DNA of 64,000 bases from Octopus sinensis (lineage: Eukaryota). The DNA is taken from contig NC_043006.1 in the NCBI RefSeq assembly GCF_006345805.1, forward strand, positions 44,888,001 to 44,952,000, written 5' to 3'. The notes under the pieces are model-generated. The model saw only the letters and a list, made by a program, of their open reading frames with translations, was not told where the DNA came from and ran no database searches. Of this stretch, positions 13,915-27,236 are shown one piece after another. Made by a program: the position numbers and the translations under genes. How positions within the stretch are numbered: the first letter of the stretch is position 1; the number at the start of each line of letters is the position of its first letter.

Positions 13915-14811
13915 TTGATATTTTATTATATTTTATATAATAATATATTCATTGAAGAAATATCTCTTCAAAATACAGTATATTGAACTAGTGTATCTTG
14001 GATAAAAATGATCCCTATAAGAGGTCTAAATATCCCCATATATATATATTTTTACTTGTTTCAGTCATTTGACTGTAGCCATGCAGGAGCACTGCCTTTA
14101 GTCGAACAAATCGATCCTAGGACTTATTCGTTGTAAGCCTAGTAATTATTCTATAGGTCTGTTTTGTCGAACCACTAAGTTACGGGGACGTGAACACACC
14201 AACATCGGTTGTCAAGCGATAGTGGGAGGACAAAAACACAGAAACAGACACATACGCACACATACACACACACATATATATACAAACATACATACATACG
14301 TACATTCATACATCCATACATACAAACACACGCACACACATACGCATATTTTCTGTCTGCCATATCCAGTTTCATGGCTTTGATCGACACGGAGCAAATG
14401 TAGAAGACACTTGTCCAAGGTACCACACAGTGGGACTGAACCTGAAATCACATGGTTAGGAAAGCAGCACCTCAACCATGCAGCCACACCTATACATTAT
14501 ATACATTTTTTTATATATTACCCTTATATATGTCATTATATGTATGTATGCATATATGTATGTATGTGTGTATGTGTATATGTATGTGTCTATGTGTGTG
14601 TGTAGGTACATATATATATATATATATATACTAACACACATACACGCACGCGCGCACACACATACACACACACACACACAGAAGAAATGCCGCAAAGTAT
14701 TTAGTCCGACTCTCTAACGAATATCCAGTCCAGTGAATAACGACAACAACAACAGTAATAGCAACAATAATGTGTAAATTACTAGCCAAAAATTAAAAAA
14801 AATATCACTAC

Positions 14812-14893
14812 CTGATAGTTCTTTCATAAGTGGCAAGGCATTGCCAAGCTGTAGGATCGTCAGAGACACAGCGAAAAGCAGGAAGGGAGCCAT
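14812..14893 (-). CDS. VWA gene, first coding exon: signal peptide MAPFLLFAVSLTILQLGNALPLMKELS
   Basis: ATG in caacATGG context with an in-frame TGA upstream; hydrophobic core then GNA|LP; donor CAG|gtagtg in phase 1, matching the next exon. Confidence 0.75.
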
Positions 14894-15219
14894 GTTGAGT
14901 AATAATAACAAATGACTAGGTCATGACATTATATAAATAAGCTGATCCTGGGAAATTCTACAAATGTTTTCTTTTCAAAAGCTGTTCTAATCTTATCATG
15001 TCTGTAATTTTATTTCTTTATATAATCAAATGTTTGCTCATTTCAATATTTAGGAGTTATAATGTCCAAAAAAACTTCGTTACTCTTCACTAACCTTAAG
15101 GTAGATACAACTTGTTAATATCGAAGTTTATGTTCAATGTAATTTATTAGTAGACACAAATAGATCGAAGGCATGCAGAAAATTTTATTGTGAAATAAAT
15201 TGACAAGAGCTCGATAGAG

Positions 15220-15729
15220 GATGCATAGGGGAGGATCTGTGATGATCTGATGGGGGGCTATATCTTGGAAATCCGGCAGCCCAATGGTTTCCCTTCATGG
15301 CAGAATTAACAGTCAAGACTATTTAAGCATTTTATATGATCAAATTCATTCTATGGTTGCAGAACTGTTTCCGGAGGGAAACGCAGTCTTTCAGGATGAT
15401 AATGCACCAATTCACACAGCTGACGTTGTTACTGAATGGCACGAGGAACATTCTACTGTAGTTGAACATCTTATCTGACCACCACAGTGGTGGTGCATTT
15501 TAGAAAAACAAGTAAGGAGTCGATATCCTCCACCACCCTCACTACAAGAACTGGAGACTGTTTTAGCTGAAGAATGGACACAAATTCCTTTGGAAACAAT
15601 TGAAACTTTGTACGAGTTCCATACCTCGTAGAATTCAAGCTGTAATTACTGCCAAAGGCGGTCCTACCCCATATTAAAATAAATTTGTTTGAAATTTTAA
15701 GGTGTTTCCATTATTTTGTCCAACCCCTG
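15220..15729 (+). mobile_element. Tc1-family transposase 3' remnant with right TIR
   Basis: GGSVMIWGAIS...VFQDDNAPIH...IPRRIQAVITAKGGPTPY*; TIR ...ccattattttgtccaacccctg followed by TA; the SPDLNPIE segment is deleted and W has become a stop, so the copy is dead. Confidence 0.9.
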
Positions 15730-16167
15730 TACATAAGTACATATATTTCAATACTTTATAATCTGTTCATTATAATTTCTTTTTCTATAATCTAATACGC
15801 ATAATTTTTCTAAAAGCAATTTTTGTGCATATTTGATAGAAAGACAACAAATTGTCCTGAAGTAGAATTCTATGTTTATGTTAAATTCTTTTTTTTTTAT
15901 TCTGTTGTTATCTTTTTACGTCATTAAAAACTTGAATACTAAACTGGCTTTTCTTAACGTTCTTTTTGTATGGGTTCATTTATTCGATATATTTTCTTAG
16001 TTCACTTTGAATTTAACCCATTTTGGACTGCCTTGATAACATTGTGTTAGGCGCGGTATTTTATACTTTTTTCTACATCTAAATATGTTGGCACGCTAGA
16101 ACGATCTTCGCTAATGCATAGTAAAAGCACCAATTAAAGATGTGTTTTTCTCCATTCTTATTCTTGT

Positions 16168-16246
<79 letters not shown>

Positions 16247-16415
16247 ACACACGTATATGTATATATATATTTATATTTAGATACACATACATATATGCTT
16301 TTCTATATATGAATATACATTCATATGTATATATTTATATAATACGTATGTGTATATGTATATATATGTATTATGTATATATATGTGTATATATATGTAT
16401 ATATATGTATATATA

Positions 16416-16470
<55 letters not shown>

Positions 16471-16487
16471 GTATTATGTATATATAT

Positions 16488-16568
<81 letters not shown>

Positions 16569-17349
16569 GTGTGTATATTGGTCCCTAGACCAATATACAT
16601 ATATACATGTATGTTATTTTGTCGGACGAGTTGTCCTTTACCTTATTTCCGACCACCGGAAACAGCCAAAAGAATCATTTGTATACACACGATTGTGTGT
16701 GTGTGTGTGTGTGTGTGTGTAGGTGTGTGTGTGTGTGTGTGTAGGTGTGTGTGTGTATGTGTGTGTGTGCGTGTGTATGCGCGTATATCTTTGTTTGTCC
16801 CCCACCGTTATCACCGCTTGACAACTGGCATTGGCTTGTCTATATGTCTGTAGGTGACACTGACAGCATGATTAGCAGATATTAAAAAAGTAAATTCTAT
16901 GGTCGATTTGTTCTACTAATCTCGTCAAGGCAATGCCCCAACATGGCCGCTGTCCAACAACTGAAACAGGTAAAACAAAGCTAAAAAGGTTTTGATTCTC
17001 TTTTAAATTCGGTTTCATTCATAGGTTCATTGCTGTAGAGCAGTCCACCATCAATAAAAAAAAAAAGAAAAAGGAAAACATACTAATTCCTTGTATATTT
17101 CCTATTCAATCAATAATTCTTGCATAATAGAAGTGATCAACGAAGTAAACCAACTGCCACTCCGGTTATTGTTAAGTTTGCACTCCATTTCCTCTGGTCA
17201 TACAACCGCAGCTGACTAAATCAAGAGGACGCCATAATCTCAACCTCGAAAGTCTTACATGAGTATTTCTCGGCTCACTTTGTTGTTAAAAGGTTCTATG
17301 ATAGTCGCAATCGACCTGTTGATAATTACATTATCTTCAAAGCTGATAG

Positions 17350-17560
17350 GGCGGCGAGCCGGCCGAAATGCTTATCGGTATTTCGTCTGTCGTTACGTTC
17401 TGAGTTCAATTTCCGCCGAGGTCGTCTTTGTCTTTCTTCCTTTCGGGGTCGATTAAATAAGTACCAGTTACGCACTGGGGCCGATGTAATCGACTTAATC
17501 CCCTTGTCTGTCCTTGTTTGACCCCTCTATGTTTAGCACCCTGTGGGCAATAAAAAAAAA
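17350..17560 (+). mobile_element. SINE family B (ggcgagctggcagaa...gttctgagttcaaattccgccgaggtcgac)
   Basis: Recurrent family. Other copies at about 8975-9080, 11650-11830, 18560-18745, 23960-24125, 24985-25185, 29470-29950, 31380-31545, 35265-35480, 39440-39620, 40480-40850, 41815-42055, 42985-43205, 50510-50725, 56440-56575. Confidence 0.85.
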
Positions 17561-20500
17561 ATTATTATCTTCAAAGCTGAGATCAAACGATTCAAAACCT
17601 CCACTCTACTACACCCAGTGAGCTCGCTATCAATGGATTCTCTTTCATTTCTTATATTGTCAGATTAACTGCAATTGAGACAAGACTATTTAGCTTACTT
17701 TCGCTGGCCAATAACCACTCCAATGAGTTGTGATATCACTGCTATTATACCAACCCAGTACAACATTAACTACTGCACTGCCATATGTGCCGATATGTCT
17801 CTGTAACTTCCCCTTTTTTGTATAGTCAAGGGAAAGGTAGCGCTCACAACTATTTTTCAGGTCCTCCGAGGCTGGAGGAAGGGACGGGTCCTACAAGGGG
17901 AACCCGAACGATGGATGTTGGTGTTAAACGAAGCGAAGGATTGTGTACCATCCAAGTAGGCCACAGTAAAATTTTAATTGAAGACGGAAATGCAGGATCA
18001 AGTACTATAAGGTATCTTGTATGACATTTTTATGATTCCGTCAGCTCATCGCTAATGACTAGTACTTGGGCTATCCAAGCGAGAAGATCGATGAACAAAG
18101 TCAACCTTGGCGTGATTGAGCATAAAACGTACGGAGCCATAATAAATACCACAAGGTATTTTACTTAATGTTTCTGCCTACTCGTTGCCTGTGTCTGTTG
18201 CTAATTCCAAACCTCTCTAAATGCTACTACGTTGATTTAGCTGTATCACAATGTCAGCAAACCTTTCCGTATAAGTTGATAAGAGAATTCGTAGTAGAGT
18301 TCCACAAATTCAGCTGCCACGAGGAGATAAATAATCTAATGTTAGATTGTTCTGGGCAATTGTATAGCGCAATCGCTGTACAGCGCAACGGTTTCTGAAA
18401 ATAGTAATTACTGGTTTGCTTGGATTCTTGATGACACCTTTTACTTCCTACTTGACAATAGAAAAGATTAAAACCAAATGCATTGAACAGTATGGCAATT
18501 TTAGAAACCACAAGTTCTAAATCTTGGTTTCAAATTTTGGCTCAAGTCCATCAAATTCAGGGAAGCGAGATAAGTCAATTATATCGACCCCAATGTTCGA
18601 CTGGCATTTATTTCATCGACTCCGAAAGGATGAAAGACAAAGTCGACCTCGGCGAAATTTGAACTTAGACCGTAATACACGGACGAAATATCGATACGCA
18701 TTTTGCCCAATTCGCTAACAATTCTTCCAGCTCGCCATCTTAGAAGTTCCAAATATTGTTGTATCATTGCTAGAAAATAAAAATTCTGGATACTAACGTT
18801 ATTTTTGCCTTTCATGCTTCCAAGGTTTGTAAGGTAGACACTAGTTGAGTACCAAGATATTTTCGACTGTTCTCCACTCCTTAAATTTCCCGACCATGTG
18901 ATTTTGTAAAAGATAATAGATCTTTGTATGATACGCTTGACTGCATTGGTAGCAGGTGAATATGCACATACCTTTGCACTGCTTACAGGTGGGTTGTTTG
19001 TTCCAGAGATTTTTGAAGCTTCGCTAAACCAGCAACGCACCTACACAAAACTTGTTATATCAACTCTCAATAAATGTTAAGCAATAGCATAAGAATAAAG
19101 AGTCTAGCCATAACTAAAGTAATACGTAAACACACCTTTGCAATATCTATATATACTTTATTCATGCGTGTAAATTTAGGAAGTTATAAGTATTTATTCA
19201 TTTATATATGAAACTCCCATTTTTCTATGCAATCTCTTTGACCTGTCTCGAAATTCAAGACAGGTTGAAATAATTTCGAACCACTTATAGCAATTGAATG
19301 GCCTTGGCAAAACTGTGTCATTTCCTTTTATGACTTCTCTTTAAAACATGCTACTTTTTAAAATTTCTTGTTTGGTTTCGGCAAAAGCAAATGAATACAT
19401 TCATTTCTCAGATCATTAAGAGATCTGCAGTTAGTAAAAAAAATATTAGCATAAATTTCGTGTATAGGAAAATAACTCACATACCTACAAACACTTTTCT
19501 ATGTATGCACTCATACACGGACGCAGACACGTAATCAAAAACATTCTAAATAGCTTAATTTCCAAGCTGGAAACATTTCATTTCAACTAGACAAATAACA
19601 TGCCTTTGAGAAATGTATGACTGATCATTAATCACTCTTGTTTCTTCTCTATCTCAATAATAAAGGATCTTTATTTCAAGCTTTAAAATAACCTGTTTTA
19701 TTTTATTGTCCGTCCTGTTGATTGGAAATTATAGAAATTGTGTCGCTGACATAAAGTGTGCGCATAGCAAGTGTCTCAGTCTAGTGGTATTCTAAAATTA
19801 TCGCTGTTGTTGTTTTGGTTTTGTGTCGAGAACACCTTTGATCAGAGTTACCCCAGCTATGATTCTTCAGAGATTTTGGAGGTGGGCAGGGGTGGAGATT
19901 ATTTTGGTTACCTTATTTAATGTGTCATTTCCCTTTTTTTATGATGACGGTGTTGTGATTTAAGGGAAATTTGGCTGATATTCTCTGCATATCGAGCTAA
20001 TCCTTATAGAAGTAACAAGATGCGTACATTTGAAGCTAGAGAAGCAATAAGTGATGTTGTGGTGGAATGACGTATATATACTTCAATGAGCGAAAGGGAG
20101 AACTTAGCCTTCTTCAATACACAATAACTATACCGATCAAGGAACTCACAAACTTGCTGCAAATACTCAACGTCACAATCTTTGATGACCTACTATGGTG
20201 ATCTGATTTAATATATTTAACATTGATGAAATTGCACCACAGACGTAGATTCCTTTTCAGAGCGCATCCCATACAAATATCTAGCCTCTGTCTAAGCTTA
20301 CGTAAGATTTACATTGGTATATTTCTTTCTTTGCACCATAAGGTCGACGAGCACCATTGTGATGAATTTTATATTTCAAAACGTTGCTTACTTTTACTCA
20401 GCCTGATACAATGGGTTCATTTTGTTCGACGCTCTGACAATTGTTCTCATTCACCACATTAGACTAGTCTTTTATTTTATCCAATCTGGATACCGTAACG

Positions 20501-20724
20501 TATTTAATCTTACGCTCTAATGATTCTCCAAATTCTCCACCATCATATTATAGTAATATGCAGGTGTAGCTGTGTGGTAAGAAGTTTGGTTCTCAACCAT
20601 ATGATTCCAGGTTCGGTCCCACTGAGTTGTACTTTGGGTAAGTGTCTTCTACTATAGCTTCGGGCTGACAAAGGCCTTGTGAGTGGATTTGGTAGACGGA
20701 AACTGAAAGAAGCTCGTCGTATAT

Positions 20725-21470
20725 ACAGGGTGCGATGGGGGTATTTGAGAACATTTCGTTTTTAGTTCATTACACCTTCAAATTATTTAAAGTGTTATTT
20801 TTTTTTCAGATAACCCTTTCAAGATATCATGCTAACTCAAGAAATGGACATGCAGTCATAGTTGCTATACATGCAAACCACAGTGATTTAGAAATTAGCA
20901 ACTTTCTAAATGTTGCAAGATCATTTTTTACACAAAGTTTGGTTGGAACTGGAGGCATGTGATGGTAATGTTTCATCTGTATCAAAGAGAAAAAAAATCA
21001 TTCACAACGCTCAGACACTAAAAGGACACCAGAATTTATACATGTTCAACATTTTATCGATGAAAACCCCCAGATCAACGAGGGGTCCATTGCTAAAAAA
21101 CTTCGGGTGTCAGAGTGGACTATCAGAACTGTGGTACATCGTGACATTCGATACAAATCCTATGTAATGACATTCAATACAAGTCCTATGTAATTCGTGT
21201 TTGCAAAGGCACAGGAAAACCGTCTCATCCGTTCAAAACGGTTACTTAACAAAGTGTAAAACCCCCATGAACAAGGCATGCTTTGGTTTTTCTCTGATGA
21301 AAAAAACTTTGACCAGGATCAAAAGTCTAACAGAAGAAATGACATGTGGTTATGTGCAGATCCTTTTGAAGTACCCAGAATAATGCACACGAAATTTCCA
21401 GCAACTGCGATGGTTTTAGGAGTGGTGAGTAGCGAAGGTCATGTGATGCCTCTCCACTTTTTTCCTTGAT
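20725..21470 (+). mobile_element. Tc1/mariner superfamily remnant, DD37D (maT)-like, 3'-truncated
   Basis: TA-CAGGGTG start; WFFSDEKNFDQDQKSNRRND...KFPATAMVLGVVSSEGHVMP; frameshifts. Confidence 0.75.
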
Positions 21471-21552
21471 CAAAATAAGCAACATGATATAAAGTAATAA
21501 GGCAGTACGAGCTGTGCGGATAATACCGGACTGATTCAACTGAGTTTTAATT

Positions 21553-21612
<60 letters not shown>

Positions 21613-21621
21613 TATATATAT

Positions 21622-21905
21622 ATTGTTTGTTCCTTCTCGAGCCACGCCTGGCTCTTAAGGGCCGGTTTCCCGGTTTCCTTGGCGTATAGGTTCCCCACCT
21701 GGATGGGACGCCGGTCCGTGGCAGGTGAGATGGAAGAGGAAAGAGTGAGAGAAAGTTGTGGCTAAAGAATCAGCAGAAGTTCGCCATTACCTTCTGCGAG
21801 AGCCGCATGGAGCTCATAAACACATACATTGCCCAGTTTGAGATTCGAACGTGCGATCCCTCGACCGCGAGTCCGCTGCTCTAACCACTAGGTCATGTGC
21901 CTCCA
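21622..21905 (-). mobile_element. tRNA-derived SINE family C; other copies 33545-33840(+) and, related, 57992-58278(-)
   Basis: Head gcacatg.cctagtggttagagcagcggactc.cggtcgagggatcgc..ttcgaatctca; shared body and tail. Confidence 0.85.
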
Positions 21906-21923
21906 ATAATATATATATATATA

Positions 21924-22121
21924 TATTTCTTTACTACCCACAAGGGGCTAAACATAGAGGGAACAAACAAGGACAGACAAAGGGATTAAGTCGATTACAT
22001 CGACCCCAGTGGGTAAATTAAGTACCAGTTACCCACTGGGATCGATGTAATCGACTTAATCCCTTTGTCTGTCCTTGTTTGTCCCCTCTATGTTTAGCCC
22101 CTTGTGGGTAGTAAAGAAATA
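21924..22121. repeat. 198-bp palindrome made of two inverted SINE-B 3' halves
   Basis: 93-bp arms (21924-22016 and 22029-22121), 2 mismatches, 12-nt loop. Confidence 0.92.
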
Positions 22122-22149
22122 TATATATATATATATATATAATGCTTGC

Positions 22150-22460
22150 AAGGTGAAGGTGCGTGACTTAGTGGTTATGGCATTCGACTCACGATTGTAT
22201 GGTCGTGAGTTCGATTCCCAGCGACGCGTTTTGTCCTTGAGTAAGACACTTTATTTCACGTTGCTCCAGTCCACTCAGTTGGCAAAAATGTGTTGTACTT
22301 GTATTTCAAAGGGCCGGCCTTGTCACACTCTGTGTCACGCTGAATCTCCCTGAGAATACGTTAGGGGTACACGTGTCTGTGGATTGTTCAGTCACTTGCA
22401 CGTTAATTTCACGAGCAAGCTGTTCCGCTGACCGTCGTCGTCGTAACCGACGGAGTACTC
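22150..22460 (+). mobile_element. tRNA-derived SINE sharing the central domain of the 13237 copy but with a different 3' tail; another tail variant at 41190-41525(-)
   Basis: Head gtggttatggcattcgactcacgat...gttcgattccc, then ccttgagtaagacactttatttcacgttgctccagtccactcag. Confidence 0.75.
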
Positions 22461-24349
22461 CTATGCTTGATTATATAAAGTTGTGCAATAAATAAAACAC
22501 ACACTCTCTCCCTCTCTTACACATAAACATACTACCTCCTCTACCCTCTCTCACACATACACACACTACCTCCTCTACCCTCTCTCTCTCTCTCTGTCTG
22601 ACATATTTACACTCATACGCTTAAGAAACGATTTAAATAAAAGGGTATTAAAAAGCGCATTTTAAATATTGGTGGCGCAGTTCAAGTAAAAACAACAATG
22701 ACAACAAGTTTTTTTCTTTCTTATACTTTATTCGTAGTTTCTGTCCTCTATACACATATTTTAATGTTCTCCGAACCGTGACAAATCGAACTGAACAGCA
22801 AACCAACTAATATCTTTGTTGATTTCTACGAACCAATGAAAAAAAAAAAAGATATGAATGGTATGTAAGGGGATTGAAGACAACAAAGAAAACAGTAATA
22901 AACATATTAAAACATGTCTGGTTCTTTTCTATATTATATACATATGTGTGTTAGTGCGCGTGTGTGTGTATGTGTGCGTGTATGTGTTGGCATGCATGTA
23001 TAGGTCGAGTGATCTGATGTGTCATAACTAGAAAAACATGAGAGATGAAACATGAAACGTACATTATATCTGCTTATCAATGATGAATGATATTTACTTT
23101 GAAAAAAGTCCATTTCAAAACAAATGTTTCGTTACTGGATTGATAAGTTTTGACAGAAACAAAATTCTTATATAGTCCTCTTTTACCCTAATAGAACTGT
23201 GTGGTTAAAAAGGTTTCACAATGTTTTTAAAATCATTGAAACATTTGTCATATTTCCTGTTATATTTTATCAGTTCTCTATTTGGTTTTTCGAGGGTTAG
23301 ACAATTAATGAAAAATAATCTTTCATATAGAATATATCCAAACTTACTTCACGATTCAAACTACAAAAAGGTCCGAAAACTATAACAAACTAGATAGATT
23401 ATTATAGATGGGTAAAAATATTTCCGATTTTTTTTCCATAGGACACAAATTTCACTTGACACGAATTAAAATTTTTAATGGAAGCGGTAATAGACAGATA
23501 TTGAGTTCATCAGTAACATTCATCAAACTAATTTTTCGCCTTGCAAGACTATTTGGTAATAGTCTAATTAGTATTTTCTTCAACAAAGAAAATATAGTAT
23601 TTATTGATTAGATCTGATATCGATTTTATCTTTAAGCACACTATTGATTCTATAGTTTGGTAAGGCGGGGTGGGCATATTCGACTGATTCGAATTTAGTG
23701 TATTACTGCTAGTATTTCATTAACATCTGGAAAGATGAAGCAATGTTCGACGTATGAGCGATTTGAACGTGGAACCTATAGCGCCGAAAGTAATTTCTGT
23801 AATCCAATGTTCTTCACTTTCATCCATATCTATCACTTCTCATTATATCTAATATTAATTTATTTTCACTCGACTCATGGTTTCATCTTTTGAGAAAGAG
23901 AAAGAGTGAAAGAAATAGTATAGTTGATTATAATTTCTGCTTAATATTGGTCTCTAATTTTGGTACAGGGCCAGTAATTTCGGGCGAGGAAATCAACAGC
24001 AGTACTCAACTGGTACTTATTTTATCGACCCAGAAAGGGGTTTGATCTCAGAACATAAGGACTGAGGAAATGTCGCTAAGCATTTCACCTGGCGTGCTAA
24101 CGATTCTACCAGCTCGCAGCCCTAAATTTTTGCATAATATTGATGATATTTATTTTATCGATTCTGATGAAATACATTCATTAATGCTTCCATTCCGGTA
24201 TTTAGATGTATCGGTCACCTCAACTGCCTTAATCTTCTTAAAGACTTAAACCACGCTGATCTCTAAAATAATTTTAAAGTTATTCTTGGCCTCAGATAAT
24301 TCTAACACTCCTTTATCCATAATTACATACATACATACATACATACATA

Positions 24350-24441
<92 letters not shown>

Positions 24442-24824
24442 CATACATACACACACACACGTCCAAGACTTATATGAAAAATAGTTTGTATTTTCACTCA
24501 TCTAAAACGCATCATAAGTTCTAAAGCTCCGGTTATACGAAATTAACCTGTAATTTCTACGACCCAAAGGTGTTATTCATACCAAAGGAAACATTAAAAA
24601 TCAGAGATCGTATTCACAATATAACTCATTCTTTTTCTATAATTATCTAGAATGACTCACAGTTTGCCATTATTGAAATAACCTCTGATTCACAGTGTAG
24701 TCATAATGATGAATTTGTTACAAATAGGGCAACGTAATCGGCCATTTTGCATTATCAACAGACTGATAAGTTTCAAGCATAGCATTTTTAGTACAACTTT
24801 TTACGAGTGTTTCTTATTCGAAGT

Positions 24825-24923
24825 TCGTTAATATTGTTCTTTTTTGTTCTTGATCTTCGTTAATATTGTTCTTTTTCGTTCTTGATCTTCGTTAATATTG
24901 TTCTTTTTTGTTCTTGATCTTCG
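24825..24923. repeat. Minisatellite, 32-bp unit x3
   Basis: tcgttaatattgttcttttttgttcttgatct repeats at 24825, 24857 and 24889, with no spacers. Confidence 0.9.
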
Positions 24924-25449
24924 CTGCTGTTCGATATTGTTTGCTGAGCATGTTAATTCTAATCAATCCTTTGTATTATAGGTACAAGGCCTGAAATTTT
25001 GCGAGGAGGGATTTATTCGATTACGTAAAACCCCAGAGCTCAACTGGTACTTATTCTATCGACTCTGAAAGGATGAATGGTAAAGTTAACCTTGGTAGCA
25101 TTTGAAATCAGAATGCAAAGCTGGAAGAAATGCTGCTAATCATTTTGTCCGGCGCGATAACGATTCTACCAGCTCGCTGCCTTCTTAATCCTAATCAATA
25201 ATAATGCAATGTGTAAATATCTGATAGAGGATACATGTTCCTTCTCCCCCATTTGAAGTCTGTGCACAATATCTAAGCAAGAAATCAACAGATATGAAAA
25301 TTACGACAGAGAAGTATCAACATAGATATTTCCGTTGTTTAACGGAAGTATTTCACTATGTTGGAATTTACGAGCCCTTATGACCAGTGAAGAAAGGATT
25401 ATTATTATTAATTATTATTATTATATTATTATTATTATCATTATTATTA

Positions 25450-25502
<53 letters not shown>

Positions 25503-25517
25503 GTTATTATTATTATT

Positions 25518-26024
25518 CAGTAGTTTTATTTTTATAGCGTGCATTCACTTCACTACCGAGCGCTGCTCTGTGTGCCTTGGGTATGTGCTGTGGTTTGCTG
25601 TGATGCTCTTATGGTTACTGTATTGAAAGTGTTTTGCGTAGGATGTGTGCAGTGCCCAGTAGTGCGATTCTCTGTATGTTATATATATATTTGTAAGTCC
25701 TGGTATTTTTGTTATGTATTTGTCTGAATATTTTTTTTATCATACCTAATGCGCCTACTATGATTTTAGATGTTTTTAGATTCCACATTCGAGTTACCTC
25801 TATTTCCAAGTCTTTGTATTTTGAAAGTTTCTCCATTTTTTTTAGAGAAACGTTGTCATCTGCTAGTATTGATACATCAATTAGAAAGCATTTTTTTTCC
25901 TTCATGATCTCTGACAACTATATCTGGCCTATTGGCCTTAATTTCTCTATCTGTGTGTATTGGCATATCCCAGAGTATGGTTGCTTTCTCGTTTTCTGTG
26001 ACCTTTTCTGGTGTGTGCCTATAC
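25518..26024 (-). mobile_element. 5'-truncated R4/Dong-like non-LTR retrotransposon (restriction-like endonuclease) within (TAA)n
   Basis: RP(D)IVV...KKCFLIDVSI..DDNVSLK..EKLSKYKDLEIEVTRMW...LGTAHILRKTLSIQ*; (ATT)n on both flanks. Confidence 0.88.
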
Positions 26025-26066
<42 letters not shown>

Positions 26067-26779
26067 GAAAATAAAAATCACCATCATGATCATATGCTAT
26101 CATAATTATCGTCATCATTTTCATCTAAATGAAGTCTAAAACTAGGAGGAATATATTAAAGTTGGACAAGACCTATCATTCTTAATATATTTAGTTTCTA
26201 ATGATTAACAGGTAGTGACTACACTTCCTGAAGTTTATCTACAATGTATGATGACTCATTCTTTTCAAGTGTGTAATAGAAATATATGTACATGCATATC
26301 CATCCATCTATCCATCTATTCATGACTGCATCTATCCATTTATCTGCCCGTGTGTCCATCCATCCATCCGTCTATCTGTCTGTCTAGATATCTATTCATC
26401 TCTCTCGCAGTTTGTGAGTATTCATGTGTATGCATTTGAGTGTATGTGCGATATGTGCATATGTGCGTCTGTGTGTGTATGTATGTATGTGTGTGCATGT
26501 ATATGTATGTGTGTGTATGTATGTGTGTATATGTGTGTATGTATATATGGGTGTGTGTGTGTGTGTGTGTGTACATATGATAATCGATTTGGATTTCACG
26601 TTGTAGCTCATAACATTTCTAAATCATTTGAAAACCACTGTCACTTTTTTTTAATCTCTGTAATACACATACATGCAAATTGGACAATTTTCAATGCCGT
26701 TGCATTTATATTCGTTTCTCTCTGTTAATTTTTCTTTATCTTCATTCACTATTATTAATATAGGATATTATTATTATTA

Positions 26780-26822
<43 letters not shown>

Positions 26823-27212
26823 CATCATTATTGAGTGAGAGAGCGGAGTAGTAGTAGTAGTAGCAGCAGCAGCTGTAGAAGTAATAGTAGTAGTAGTAGT
26901 AGTAGTGTCATCGTCGTCGTTGTTGTCCTTGTTTCTCTTTCTTCTCTTCTAGTTAGTTTTTATATGAGTGTGTGGTAGTTTCATTTGAAACTCAACTCCA
27001 CGTCTGACAGGACGTATCGTTTTGTTTTTCCCTACAGGAGTTCATATAGAAAATTGGTGATAAAAGATTGAAAAAAAAAATTATAACAAATAAAAACGAA
27101 TATCTGCAACATATCGAGACATGAAAGTTGTCATCCGATGGTTATCATCGAGAATAAAATGTCTGCAGACCAATGATGTGTCAATTTTTTCGTTTTGGAA
27201 CACCGTTATCTC

Positions 27213-27236
27213 TCAAAATGCTGTCCAATGACTGGT
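27213..27236 (-). CDS. SLC6 terminal coding micro-exon: TSHWTAF*
   Basis: Strong acceptor ttttttttcttttcattatcctttcag|; xxHWxxx-stop matches DAT LRHWLKV* and NET LQHWLAI*. Confidence 0.88.
   Translation of the reverse strand, partial: TSHWTAF

Noticed and set aside
18579-19040. 153-aa minus-strand ORF
   Set aside because: Its 3' third runs through a SINE-B copy and the rest has no recognisable motif.
24825-24923. 32-bp repeat with a CRISPR-like unit length
   Set aside because: Units are contiguous with no unique spacers, no cas genes are present, and the context is eukaryotic.
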